A DNA stretch of 63,835 bases, the filler included, from Bigelowiella natans CCMP2755 (lineage: Eukaryota; Protista; Cercozoa), in NCBI GenBank assembly GCA_000320545.1. It is 8 parts of 8 records of this genome, joined end to end, with 100 filler letters (N's around TTAATTAATTAA, not from the genome) between each part and the next. Parts side by side here need not be neighbours in the genome. Positions count along the whole stretch, not along the records: positions 4,157 to 34,276 come from ADNK01003116.1; 7 more parts are not named here. The stretch is one strand, 5' to 3'. Every line of letters starts with the position of its first letter. Positions within the stretch are counted from its first letter, which is position 1. Under the pieces are notes generated by a model that worked only from the letters and a program-made list of their open reading frames with translations, ran no database searches and was not told the DNA's origin. Shown one piece after another: positions 13,140-24,400 of this stretch. The position numbers and the translations under genes were made by a program.

Positions 13140-14400
13140 CTGATTTCAGCTAGCGCGGAAACTTGCCTTCGACATGGACGTGCACGGTGTGGAGCGAAGT
13201 CTGCTGGTGGGTCGATGCACTTTCTGTTGAAGGTGGAAAGGGAAAGGAGTCGCTGCAGGTCCAGGCTGGAACTACCCTTTCATCATGAATGAGTTGCCAT
13301 GTGCTCATGGTGCACATTGCAGCACAGTGATCATGTCATGCTCCAGATTGACCCTCGCTAGATTTGGCTCGAGGCATTACATGTGCATTTCGCACTTTGC
13401 AAACATCTTGTCATGTTTTGGACATGGAAATGCAGTTTTCATCAAATTCTTGTTCTTGTTCTTGCACCCCCATGACCCTTCCCGCATGATCAAATGCACC
13501 TTGGAGTCGCTTCATTCATTCGTTGATTCATTCATTCATTCGCTCATCCACATCCACAATCACGACACCCAGATGACCATCATCAAGTTGCTCGGCTCAA
13601 CGAAGAGGACACGCGTGCAGCTGGCTAGCTGGGCACTGATTCGATCGGCCGTTTCCTAGTGAACTCGTGTGTGCCAGTGTTTCAATCGTTCGTTCATGTA
13701 CTCATGCGTGCATGGACATCATTCTAGCAGTGTCACAGACACAGCAATGGCATGTGCATCATGCACATGGCATTGCATGTCCATGTGCTCATTGCAGACA
13801 TGGTGACAGCACATGCATCATGCACATGGTGTTGCATGTCTGTTGTCAGTGTGGCGTGGACGTCACATGCTAGCATGGTGGGCCAGCGCTCGGCCTCCAC
13901 ACATGAGCCCCTGTGCTCAGCAGACGCGACGTGCAATTGACACAACAGCGTCAAGCACAGCTCCGTCAAACCTGCAACGAATCGCCAGAACATGCATTTG
14001 GAAGCTTTTGCGCGCGACCAAGCGCGTTGTCATGGATGTGATGGACATTGGATTTGCTCGCATTTCTTTGAAATTTTTCGTGCACATCACACTTGGTTGA
14101 ACACACGCGCAAAAGCATTCAAAATGTGGCAGAAATCAAACGCGCAGCGTGCATCGCATGCACAAGGGGTGTGAATTTTCACACTTTGCGCGCTCACTGA
14201 GGCCTTGAAAATGGACATTTGGGTCAACATTTCGGTCATTTTTTGAGGTTTGGCCATCGGACAAGTTCTGATGACTTTTCTTTGACCAACTGCAACTGCC
14301 TGCTGCTTCAAAGCGCTGCACTGTTCACAACCCCGTCGTTACCGGGTTTGGCGGAGCTGTGAGCTCGCGGCTACCGACCATGCTAGCATGCCACATGTGT
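13140..14400. repeat. TpA-depleted, TG/CA-rich degenerate repeat tract 1
   Basis: About 10 TA dinucleotides in 13141-14340 by manual count, 6 of them in CTAG. Shares the module gctcgaggca..tttcgcactttg..aacatc..ttttgg (13365-13470) with 18910-19125. Confidence 0.8.
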
Positions 14401-14583
14401 GGATGCAAATGACCGCGCGAAATGCGACGCTACGTGCTTGAGACAAAATATAGTGACAATTTTGCGCGCCCAGCTCATGAAACACATTGTTCACCATTCG
14501 AGCACCGACACAAATTCAAATTCATTCCCGCAAGACGGCAGACAGTTGGCGCATCTATCAAGTTCAGCTCGTAGTTTGTGGGC

Positions 14584-16320
14584 CTAGCCGTTCACTGCCT
14601 TCTCTGAAAATATGGTTTCGGTTATCTCCATAGGATCCATAATGAGAAAATCTTCGTCATTCGCAGAGGGTTTTTCATATTTTATATAATGCACGCCAGG
14701 AGCAGGGTCCGTGATTTTGGGGATGTTCAGACTGAAGACTTCCAATTTGGGCCCGAGTCTGCTCTTGACATCGAATGTGTGGAACACGTGCCTCTTTCTC
14801 AAATCTTCATTTGTTATCTTCAGCCCTGTCGGAATGGTTTCGTGAGCCGTGGAAGCCTCAATGTCCTTCTGATAGGTCCTCCAGGCATGCTCCCGGACGT
14901 GGAGCAAGTATTGTAGATTGAACAATTGGTTTTCATTGCCAAAGTCAATGTAATTACGCAGGAAACCCGCGGTGTCAAATACGGACATCCCTCCTCTGTT
15001 AATCCCCAGGCCCTGGGGCCAAAAGGGCACCTGCAACGCGTCTCCCAACAGCAGTCCAACAGCAGCCCTCTTTGTGACTGGGTCGATGAGGATTCTCCCA
15101 GAATACTCAGAGTACATTTTGTAGCTAAAGTCAAAGCACGTGGCCCAGTTGCTCCCGCTCGCTGTCTTGGTTTCCCGAAGCTTCGGGACGTCTTCCCTGA
15201 GCGTCTTCAGGGCCTCGCCCCTCTCCAGGAGAACTGTCCGCGGCAATTTGTTCTTCTCCAGGTCGTCCTTCATAATTTTGTCGAGGAAGAAGCTCAGGCT
15301 GTTCTTGATCATCTTGTTCAGGTTGGCCTTGTCAACCGTTCCCAAGTCAGAGAAGGCCGCGCTCGCGGTCTTGTGGATGATGTGGTTCGAGATGAGGCTA
15401 CGGCGCTTCACCGTCATCACGACGTAGAGAGTGTTCTGCTGGTAGATGACGATGTTCTCTACGTCGACATTGGGGCACGTGCCGCTCGTCTCGGTCGCGT
15501 TGCCGTTTGCAAGGCAACTAGGATTCTTCGCCTCATCGAACCATTCTTTAGCAAATTGCTGCGCAAGCGAGTGCTCCGGCCATCGCTTTATTACTCCGGA
15601 TGGCTTTCTTTCGTAATTGCCCACACAACCGATCGCTTCTTTGGATGCGCGCTCTTTGATCTGGGGGATTTCCAGCAGCTCGGCTACAACTCTCCTCGAC
15701 GCACCAGAACCATCCACAATGACGTCGAATGGTGACGTCTTGTTCTCACCGGCGTGCGTGTAAAGGGCTGTGAAAAGTTTCGAGCCTCCCCCACCCGGGT
15801 TTGGGGGGCTGATACCGATGAACTTCGCCCCAAGGACCACCTTGGCACCGGCTAAGATCGCCGCCCTTATCATCACGTTCTGGTACTCCTTCGTTCCCAC
15901 ATGCTGATGCATTTCCCCACTGATCCATGGGCTCTTCATGCCCATCATTAGCAGGTCGACACGACTCCAGTCCCAGAGGTGGAGGATGTTCGGCCGGTTG
16001 ATAATCGTCCGCATCTCTACGACGGTTACAGTTGCGCCCATCAGAGCGAATTCCACCGCCCCACGAATGCCGACGACCCCGGCGCCGACCTGATGTTGAT
16101 TTATCGCGTAAAGGTAGGTAAAGCGTAGGAATGCACGCGCCAATAGACAAAAGGAATCTGCTATACATGCTATACATACAAAAAATAAGTATAGCGGATA
16201 TATATTGTATAAAATTGATATATTATGTCTATGTGTGTATCTGTGTGTGTGTGTGTGTGTGTGTGCGTGCGCGCGTTTGTGTGCATGTGTGTGTGATGTG
16301 CCTAATTGGAAGGCAGTAGG

Positions 16321-16356
<36 letters not shown>

Positions 16357-17918
16357 AGGGGGGGTGGGGGAAAGAGAGTAGTAGTAGTAGCAGCAGCAGC
16401 AGCAGCAAGCACCTGGAATATTTTCCTCCCGTTGTTATTTCGGACTGGATAGAACTGATCTCTACGTGTCTTGAGGTAGCTCAGCATCTTCCAAGCGAAT
16501 AGATTATTGTTATACGCAGCAAAGGCTGCAAGGAACTTGTCCAGGACGATAGGGCCATACTGCCCCCCCGCGCCAATCATTCTTTTGAATTCCTCCCCAA
16601 TCTCCACCACCTCGCTCGCCTCGATTTGGAATGGGTTGAACTCGAAGAATTTCGAGCGGATTCTGCGGAATTCCTGGTCAGTGAGCGTGACTTGGGGTGT
16701 TGAGTGCTCGGAGAAATCAGGATCGATGTTGCCTTGCATCACACCTTGCGTCGTAGCAACCTCTTCGCCACTCCGTATTTTTTGCTCTAGCTTGTTAAGT
16801 TCCTTCTCTGCTGTTTTAGCGTAAATTTGACTTTCCCCTTGCAGGTATTTTGCCGTCCGCTTCTCTGCAATTGCACGTAGATTTTTTTTCCTTGCCTCGT
16901 CCGCAGATTCCTTGATCGTATTAATCTTGCTCTGAGCACCTTCATCGACTCTAGTTATATCCTTCTCTATGTGTTCTCTCCTTCTCGCTTCTTCTTTTTT
17001 TAGGTGTTCCTCCAAACGCTTCCTCGCTATTTCCTGCAGCTTGCTTTTCTTATTTCCCTCATCCGGAGTATTCTTAATCGGTTTTGTGTTGCTGGCTGGA
17101 ATCTCCTTCTTTGTAGGCCTTACACCATTCTGCACATTGTTTTTATACTCCTTATTGAAGCGCTGCATGATCGACTTTACCTTAGATCCCTCGGGGTCGT
17201 CCTCTGCCAAGGTTTCCGGAGTGAGCGTCTGGGAGTCTTGAGTTTCTACGGCACGCGTCATCAAAGGTTCTCCCTCGTTCAACTGGCTTGGATCTCCAAT
17301 AGGATTGTCATTAGGGCTAAGCCTCTCAAGTTCAACTTCAATTGTGTTTGGGTCCTTCGCGTACGTGATAGTTCCCAAGCCATCTGTCTTATAGGATCCT
17401 TTACGGATGCTGTCAGGCCCACCAATCTCGACTACGACTTTGGGCGGTTGGTCCGGCTTTTCGCTGTTTCCATAAAAGCTTTTTGCCGTCGTGAACTTAC
17501 CATATATGCTGGGGGAGGAATTGTTGGAGTTAATCTGTCTTCCCGTTTGGACTGGAGGCTTTCTGAGCTTCCGTGTCTCCACAACGTTGATTGGTTCGAA
17601 CTCCGGCTTGGAGAGATTCTCAAAGAAGTCGGTAAGGCTCACGCAGTGGCCTCTTAAGCAGCACTTTCTACGCCCCTTATTTTCACAACCAAGACTCTTT
17701 TGACAGCCATGTCCCTCGCATTCCCCTAGATTTCTCACTGCCTGAGTCTAAAAACACATACACGCAAATAGATTGCATCATCGTCGGTCTCGATTGTGGC
17801 GGAGTAATGTTACCTGGCCCTCCAAAAGGACGCTAGAATCCTCGGCCTTCCACTGGACAGAGACGCTCTGCGAAGGCAAGAGCGCAATGAGCGCAAGCAG
17901 GAGTAGGTTGCTCCCCAT
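14584..17918 (-). CDS. MICAL-type FAD-dependent monooxygenase with N-terminal signal peptide, Cys-rich microdomain and coiled coil; 3 exons (17918-17814, 17741-16413, 16089-14584), 979 aa
   Basis: Both introns are phase-0 GT-AG and keep frame. MICAL MO motifs: KIFQ|VGAGVVGIRGAVEFALMGATVTVVEMR..NRPNILHLWDW, FDVIVDGSG, DVENIVIYQQNTLYVVMTVKRRSL, CFDFS, LLGDALQVPFWPQGLGINRG. Exon 1 is MGSNLLLLALIALLPSQSVSVQW. Confidence 0.88.
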
Positions 17919-18072
17919 TCAAAATTCAAACTTCCCCGGAGCGAATATATTTTATTTTATCGCAATGTGGAAAATGGCCTGCATTCGTATGACAAATGAA
18001 CCCTTTTCAGTGAAATGAAAAAATTCCGACTGGAATTCACTGGTGGGATGGACAGATTTGTCGCCCCAGCTA

Positions 18073-19640
18073 CCGGTGACTCGGTTGCCTGATCAAGGAT
18101 GTTTGGATCTGCATCCAAGATTCAAAGTTGCATCCGCCGAAGTGGTGATGGGCGGGGGGATTTTCGGTTGCGAGGGTGGCTTTTCCCCTCATCTTTGCAC
18201 CACATTCCTGTTCACCGGTGGGGCAGGTCACCGGCGAATTGGCTGCCAAGTGAAGGATTTTCGGACCTGCACAAGGTTCATCCCGGATGAATCTGTGAAT
18301 CCCGTCAGGATGAAGGTGCCCTCCTCCAACTTCATGCCATCCAGTTTTGCAATGTCTCCGTTGAGGCCGGGGACGTTGAGATTGGCGTGAAGCTCGTGCT
18401 TCTGATTGCAATGGTTGGGGCAAAGTCTCCGCAAAAGCCGGGGACGTTGTGGTCAATGCGAAGCTCGTTGTCCAAGTGGACTGAGAAGGAAGAATGCATC
18501 CTCCCCCAATCTTCATGCCTTCCAGCGAGGGCAATGTCTCTGCAAAAGCCGGGGATGTGGTGGTGGGTGTGAAGCGGACCACGCCAGCCAGCCAGCACGA
18601 AGGTGTGGTCCACGGGGTTGTTCGCTTGGGGTTCGCAGGTGTGGTGGTCTTGCTGCTTGGTGATCTCCAAGCATGAGTGAACCATCACGGCAGGATTTCG
18701 GGGTGCGTTTGCACAGAGAAGTCATGGTCCTGAAGTTGGCAAAGACCACGCACAAAAGACAATGAAACTGGGAACGGAGGAGTGGCTGGAGTTCATCATG
18801 CCATTTTTGGTTCCTTTTTGTTTCACTTTGTGCACGAGCCAACACACGTTCGCAGCGAGTGTTGCAGCATTGTCATGGCGTCGTGCCTGTAATTGGACCT
18901 CGCTGGATTCAGCTCGAGGCACTGCGTTTCGCACTTTGTGAACATCACGAAACGTTTTGGGAGTGCAGTCATCACACCAAGTTCAATTCAAGTTCAGATG
19001 TGGGGACGTCATCGGGGCCCATGCACAGCAAGCTGGTTCGAAGCACTGCATTTCGCACACTGCAAGTGTCTTGCAACGTTTTGGAAACGCAGCTTGTCAT
19101 CATTGTTCATTGTTCATGCACGGCGGTGCTTCCACTTCTTCAGCGTTGGTTTGCATCACAAGCCATGTTTCCACGAAAGTGTGACGGCAACGTCGCGCGT
19201 GCAAAAATGATGACGACAATAACAACCCAGCAATGACAATGTTCTGTTCATCAAATTGTTTGCCCATTCTGGCATTGACGGTGTTTTGCATCTTGGACCA
19301 ATCCAGCAATGGAGACATCGTGCCAGCGTGTCTCACCAGCACGTCAATTGTTGCCTTCGCACACCGCCGCTTGCAAGATGCGACATCAGCTCATGTACGC
19401 ACGTCACTACGACGGAAGGCATCCGTTCGAGCCATCCACATCTAGACATGCAATTGTTGGCCGGCTAGATGGCCATTCTAGTGTGCTAGCATGTCTGAAC
19501 GTTGGTCGTTCCACAGCACTCACTGGTCACGTCATTGCAGCATGATGTCGGTACAACGCCATGCAGTGCAATGCGCAGGACGCATCAGTGCGTGAACGAG
19601 GATGACATCGCGCACACGTGCGCGTAGCAGTTGGCGAGCA
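18073..19640. repeat. TpA-depleted degenerate repeat tract 2
   Basis: No TA in 18073-18889 and only two in 18073-19390 by manual count, while flanks (17940-17960, >19660) have ordinary TA content. CpG is retained. Confidence 0.85.
18080..18700 (-). pseudogene. Hypermutated relic coding sequence of unknown protein with three PG[F/L]xxD[I/F]A repeats
   Basis: Tyr-free, His/Cys-rich frames (DHHTCEPQANNPVDHTF.., HTHHHIPGFCRDIA, IDHNVPGFCGDFA, NLNVPGLNGDIAKLDGMKLEEGTFILTGF) with a frameshift. The three repeats are also visible at DNA level (18360-18560). Confidence 0.45.
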
Positions 19641-19981
19641 CGCAACGCCATGTGCGCTAGTACGATGATGAATTCATTTCAGCCCAACATGCCAGTTTAT
19701 GTAGATATTAATGCACAACATTGAACCCGAGCATACAATAGGAATGATGTAACATACAATAGGAATGATGTAGGTGTATAACATATGTTAGTGTTATTGC
19801 ATGTCACGGATAAATTGTTTGAAGTTCATTAAGAAAGGTACTTGACATGCATATTTCTTTACTGCTATTGCGATATACAGCGCAATTTTGCGTCGAAGTT
19901 ATAGCCCGTAGTAACAGCTAATGCATTCTGCCTAATTTATTCAAAATGAGTGCCATGTAACGTCATATTATCTAATTAAGG

Positions 19982-20728
19982 TCAACTCAGCTTGATTTCC
20001 GGCAAAGGGGCCTTAGATCCTCTCAGTGCTTGCCAACCGCTAGTAGGCGGAAGATCGTTTGAATTTTTCACTATGTACAGTCCTGCACCACTGGGGCCAT
20101 CCATCCACCAGCGGCCGTCTGAACGATTCCAGTAAATGTAGCTTCCGTTTTCTGGGAAAAAGGTTGCTCGTGAACGAATTAATCAGGAGAGCATCAAGTT
20201 TAAAAAAAACATCATGTGAAAATAATTAGCAAGAGTTCTTCAGATTGTGTAACCTGCTTCAAACCAGAGCTTTTTTTGGTCGGATAATTCGTTCCATGTG
20301 CTACTAGGGTCCCACATCATCTTGTTGCATGTTGCTGCGAATCCCGAAGGAACCTCTTTTGGGTCTTTAGCCTTATATTGGCCATTTACATCTACTTCTC
20401 CGGCCTTGCTCACTTCTAATGTTGGCATGTTATTGAATCGTTGTGTATGTAGTCCCGGGTTTTGCTGCGCTTTGCAATAGGAACCGATTGAGTTGACGGA
20501 CGAGGAAAGATAGGGCGATGTTCCAATTATTGGGGTTTGGATACGAGCTGCTGAAATTGTTTGTGCGACTAATGCGTACCGGGCCCGAGTGGCAAAATTG
20601 ATACGGCTTGCTGTAAGTGTTTTCGAGCCCAAAATTAGTGATGAGACAGCCACGCTTGCAATTGCAATCACGAGGAACACGGATTGGGATAAAGACGGCG
20701 ATGCAAAGTTACTGCAGCAAAATTTCAT
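19982..20728 (-). CDS. Conserved unknown algal-type protein with putative bipartite (signal + transit-like) leader, probably plastid-targeted
   Basis: Hydrophobic VFLVIAIASVAVSSLILG, then an S/T/R/A-rich stretch, then the domain MPTLEVSKAGEVDVNGQY..PSGFAATCNKMMWD..WFEA|ENGSYIYWNRSDGRWWMDGPSGAGLYI..PPTSGWQAL..KLS*. The start is uncertain. Confidence 0.7.
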
Positions 20729-21416
20729 GCACAGAGCTGTAGTCTACAATTTCCACAGCTGTGGTTTCTCGCTGGAACGTGTTGAGTAAGCTCCCGTGAG
20801 TGAGTGTGTGTATTGCAAGCTCGTGAATGAACGGATGAATGGGTTTTTGGTATTGTGTGGATTGTGTGGGTTGTGTGGCTGATACGGAAAATTTCAAACG
20901 GTAGACCCTGAGCGGGATCAGTTTCACACCTGCGACAACCTCGAGAACTTGCTATTTTTTAGAATTTTGTGTCGACGAGGTAGCTAATGCGACGGGACAA
21001 TTAAAACATACGGTTTGGCGACGGCGACAAGACAGTAGATCTATCTGTATTCGATTCTACTCGTAGCGATATGTCACCATTCTCGTGATGGGATAGACCA
21101 CATTTCCTGTTCAGACGTAAGTATACAAATATGCAAAATATGGAAACTTGCGGATGTCCTAGGATGTCGTATTAATAAGACGGCACCTTTTCGCGACGTT
21201 TATCCTGGCGTTTCAAATTTCAGAAGTTCGGAGTTACTCTGACAGATCTCTGCTACCTTTTGACAGAGGACCGACCGACCTGGATGTGTGATGCTCCCTC
21301 CCTTAGAGCCCACTGAACACCACTCGGCCCTTTCTCGGACAAATCCCAAGGGAGTGAAACAAGTAAACACTGCAGCATCACGAAGCGAGGTCTAAATTGT
21401 TTGGGCTTCTTCGAAT

Positions 21417-24400
21417 ATGCTACCGCTTGGAAACAAGTTGTACTTGGTAGTGTTCTTCTCAGCCGTAGCTTCTGTCAACGCCACTTCGGGTCCCACATCT
21501 AACCCATCCCCCTCAAGTGCATCGCCCATCACAGATTCCCCTGTCACAGCATCTCCGACCACAGCATGTCCTTCAACGCTTAATCCTGTGACAATTTCTC
21601 CTGGAACCCCCTCACCGCAAACACTGAATCCCACCTCATCTAACCCCACATCATGCCCGTCATCCTCTCCTTCATTCTCTCCATCGAGTACATGCCCATC
21701 CTCGGCTTGCCCTTCGTCTAGCCCTTCATCATGTCCTTCCTCAGCTCCCCATACAGCACAGCCAAGCACTGACACGCCCTTAATTTCGCCTACTTTATGT
21801 CCATCTATCTCGCCTTCCAAATGCCCTTCGGTAGTACCAGAATTAGCAATTTTGGATTAAGAGTTTAGAAATCTAAGATTCATGACAATTATCTTTGTAC
21901 GTTCTCTGTTTGACCCGTTGGGGGACGAAGAAATTGGAGTATAGCCTCAGTGACGCGTTCCTTATCGATGGGGCCGAAAATGCTGCAATGACTTTCTTCC
22001 CCCCCAATATGTTTAATAAAGAACGGAGGCTTGAAAGACTAGTTCGAACCCAGTGAAACTGCGTCGAAATTCATGATGGCTTTGTTGTATGCGTCTTCCT
22101 TCAGGCAACTCCCAGCAATACACCAAGTACTGTCAGCCCGACCACGCTCTCGCCAGCAACACTACATCCAAGCTCACAAACCCCCACAACTTCTCCGGTG
22201 ACAGTAAGTCCATCGACATGCAGTCCTTCGTCGGTAATATTACTAAGAAGGGAACTGGTTCTTAAATTTTCATTTTCTTACAATCTACTTTATATATTTA
22301 CTGCCCTTTGCACATAGTTGGCTCCATCAAGCACGGCCCCCTCTAGCCTGAGTCCAAGCTCCCTTTCTCCAGGTTTCTGCACATGTTTACCTGAGGCAAG
22401 CGGTGTCGTCACCCTTTCAGTAGTTTGTGGTTGTGAATTCGTTTTACCGGACGATGCAATTTTCAAATCCCAATATAGAAAATAATAAGAAATTTTGTAA
22501 GCTGCTTGCACAACAATGGAAATTTTCGTCTCAAGGAATTCTTGGTAGACAAAGCTCATCTATAAGTTGCGCGATGAAAATCCAAGAACCCAAATTTCCA
22601 TTCATCGTGCTAAGTTTGTGACAACAGACTCGACCCGTGTGTCACAAATCAACCTCATTGTATCTCCTTCCTTCTTCTTTATCCTCTTCATGTTCTTCGA
22701 TCATGTGATTGTTTGACGACGCTACGAACAATAACTCATATTATCCCCGTAGTAACAATTCATCCAACGAGTGCACATCCGGTTTCTGCGCATCCTTCCA
22801 CTATTCTCCCGACATTGAACCCAACGTCCTTGTCGCCATCGACTCATTCTCCATCCTCGCTCTCCCCCTCTACGAACTCTCCTGTCACGAATGCGCCGTC
22901 GCTATCTCCAATTACGTTGTCTCCCGTGTCAGCATCCCCCTCCTCCGTGAGCCCGGTAATAAACAAACTTGAAACCAATATTTTCTGGACACAGAAACAG
23001 TAGATCGAGAAAAGACTGGTTTTCTGATTTTCTGATTTTCCTCGGGCTATGTTGCACCAATTGTAAGAGTCTTCGCGCGAATGGGGGAGAGGAGGGAGGG
23101 ATGATGAGGGGGAGGCAGTAATTGGGAGATCTATCGCGCAACCTCATGGAGCTGTGTGATTTGTTTCGACGTTGCCTGATCTTACTGATACTGAAGCCTT
23201 TAGTTACAGGGGTGCTGCTTTCCTGTGCCGTTTTCCTCTTCCCACCTCTTCCAAAGATAACATCCTTTTCGTTGTGTTTTGTTGCTCTAATATCGAATGT
23301 GAAGACGTCGCAAGCACCGACCACCAACAGCCCGACATCTATGGCTCCAACAACCACAACAGGTACAGCGCACGGCGATGCCGAAGGCGGAGAGAAATCA
23401 GAACTAAAATGAAGCATGGCCTATTCTGTCGATATAGCTACTGAAAGGAGCCCTGTTTATTAATCATAGCGAATCCATCGAGCTGTAGTCCGACAACGAT
23501 CGCTCCCACTACGAACAGCCCAGTTACTGTGTCGCCGGTATCGTTTTGCCTTGATCTTTACATACGAATAATATCTCCTCTCCACCAATTCTACCCATTT
23601 TCAATCCACGCTCTTGTTTATTTTCGACTCGGAAACACGGCGATTAGTAATAAAGTAGGAGAATAGCCGTTCCCCACATTGTTGTCCTCCCAAACAATCC
23701 TTGCAGGAAACAAAAGCAAAATTTGATCGTTGTAACCCCCTCCCCTTCTTCACTCCCATCCATTCTTCAGCAAACATCGGGACCAAGTCTAAGCCCCTTC
23801 ACCAACGCACCGTGTAACGAACATTTACTATTACAAATCCTGAAAGATAACATGCCTAGGCAGGGTGATATCTGTACATGAAAACGATTAAGAAAATGGT
23901 TGCTTCTACTTCGTATCTTTCCTTGCTCATAGCGGTGTCTCCATCAACGGGAACTCCCACGGCCTCTCCCGAAACGTGCACTCTTGGTTAGTATGACCGC
24001 CGTCGCCATCATAATCTCTGTCGCTACCACATACGTCATTGCGTTGCACATCTCCACCATCTCCACTCAAAACTACGCTTTGAACAGAATGAGAGAGAAA
24101 ATCCAATGCTCTTCCTCGAAAGAGAGAAACTATACTTTACCGTTGTCGCTAAGTGGTTCCAGCCTCGCCGCCTAATTAAGGAGGGCGGGGGGGGGGATTA
24201 CGAGAGGGGAAGAATGATGGAAATTTCTTATTTGTCCGAGCATCCTCTGACCCCATTTGAATCAGGTCATTATAGAGATGGCCTCGGAAGGTGTCAAATC
24301 TGTGGATATGCCGCTTATTGCGATGGAGGTGATGGATGATACTGAATTTAGCTAGCCTGCTTTTGGCCTGCACATGCACAGACAAGGCATTATGTAGACA

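Noticed and set aside
13140-14400. Explaining the TG/CA excess by CpG methylation decay or classical RIP
   Set aside because: CpG remains common (cgcgcg, acgcg) and TpA, the RIP product, is the depleted dinucleotide.
14926-15735. 269-aa plus-strand ORF
   Set aside because: Antisense shadow of the MICAL-like exon; no independent motif.
19732-19772. 20-bp direct repeat catacaataggaatgatgta x2
   Set aside because: Short local duplication; cannot be tied to a target-site duplication.
21925-22060. Fragments resembling tRNA A/B boxes (tagcctcagtg, gttcgaaccc)
   Set aside because: No cloverleaf, wrong spacing, and located in an intron of the mucin-like gene.
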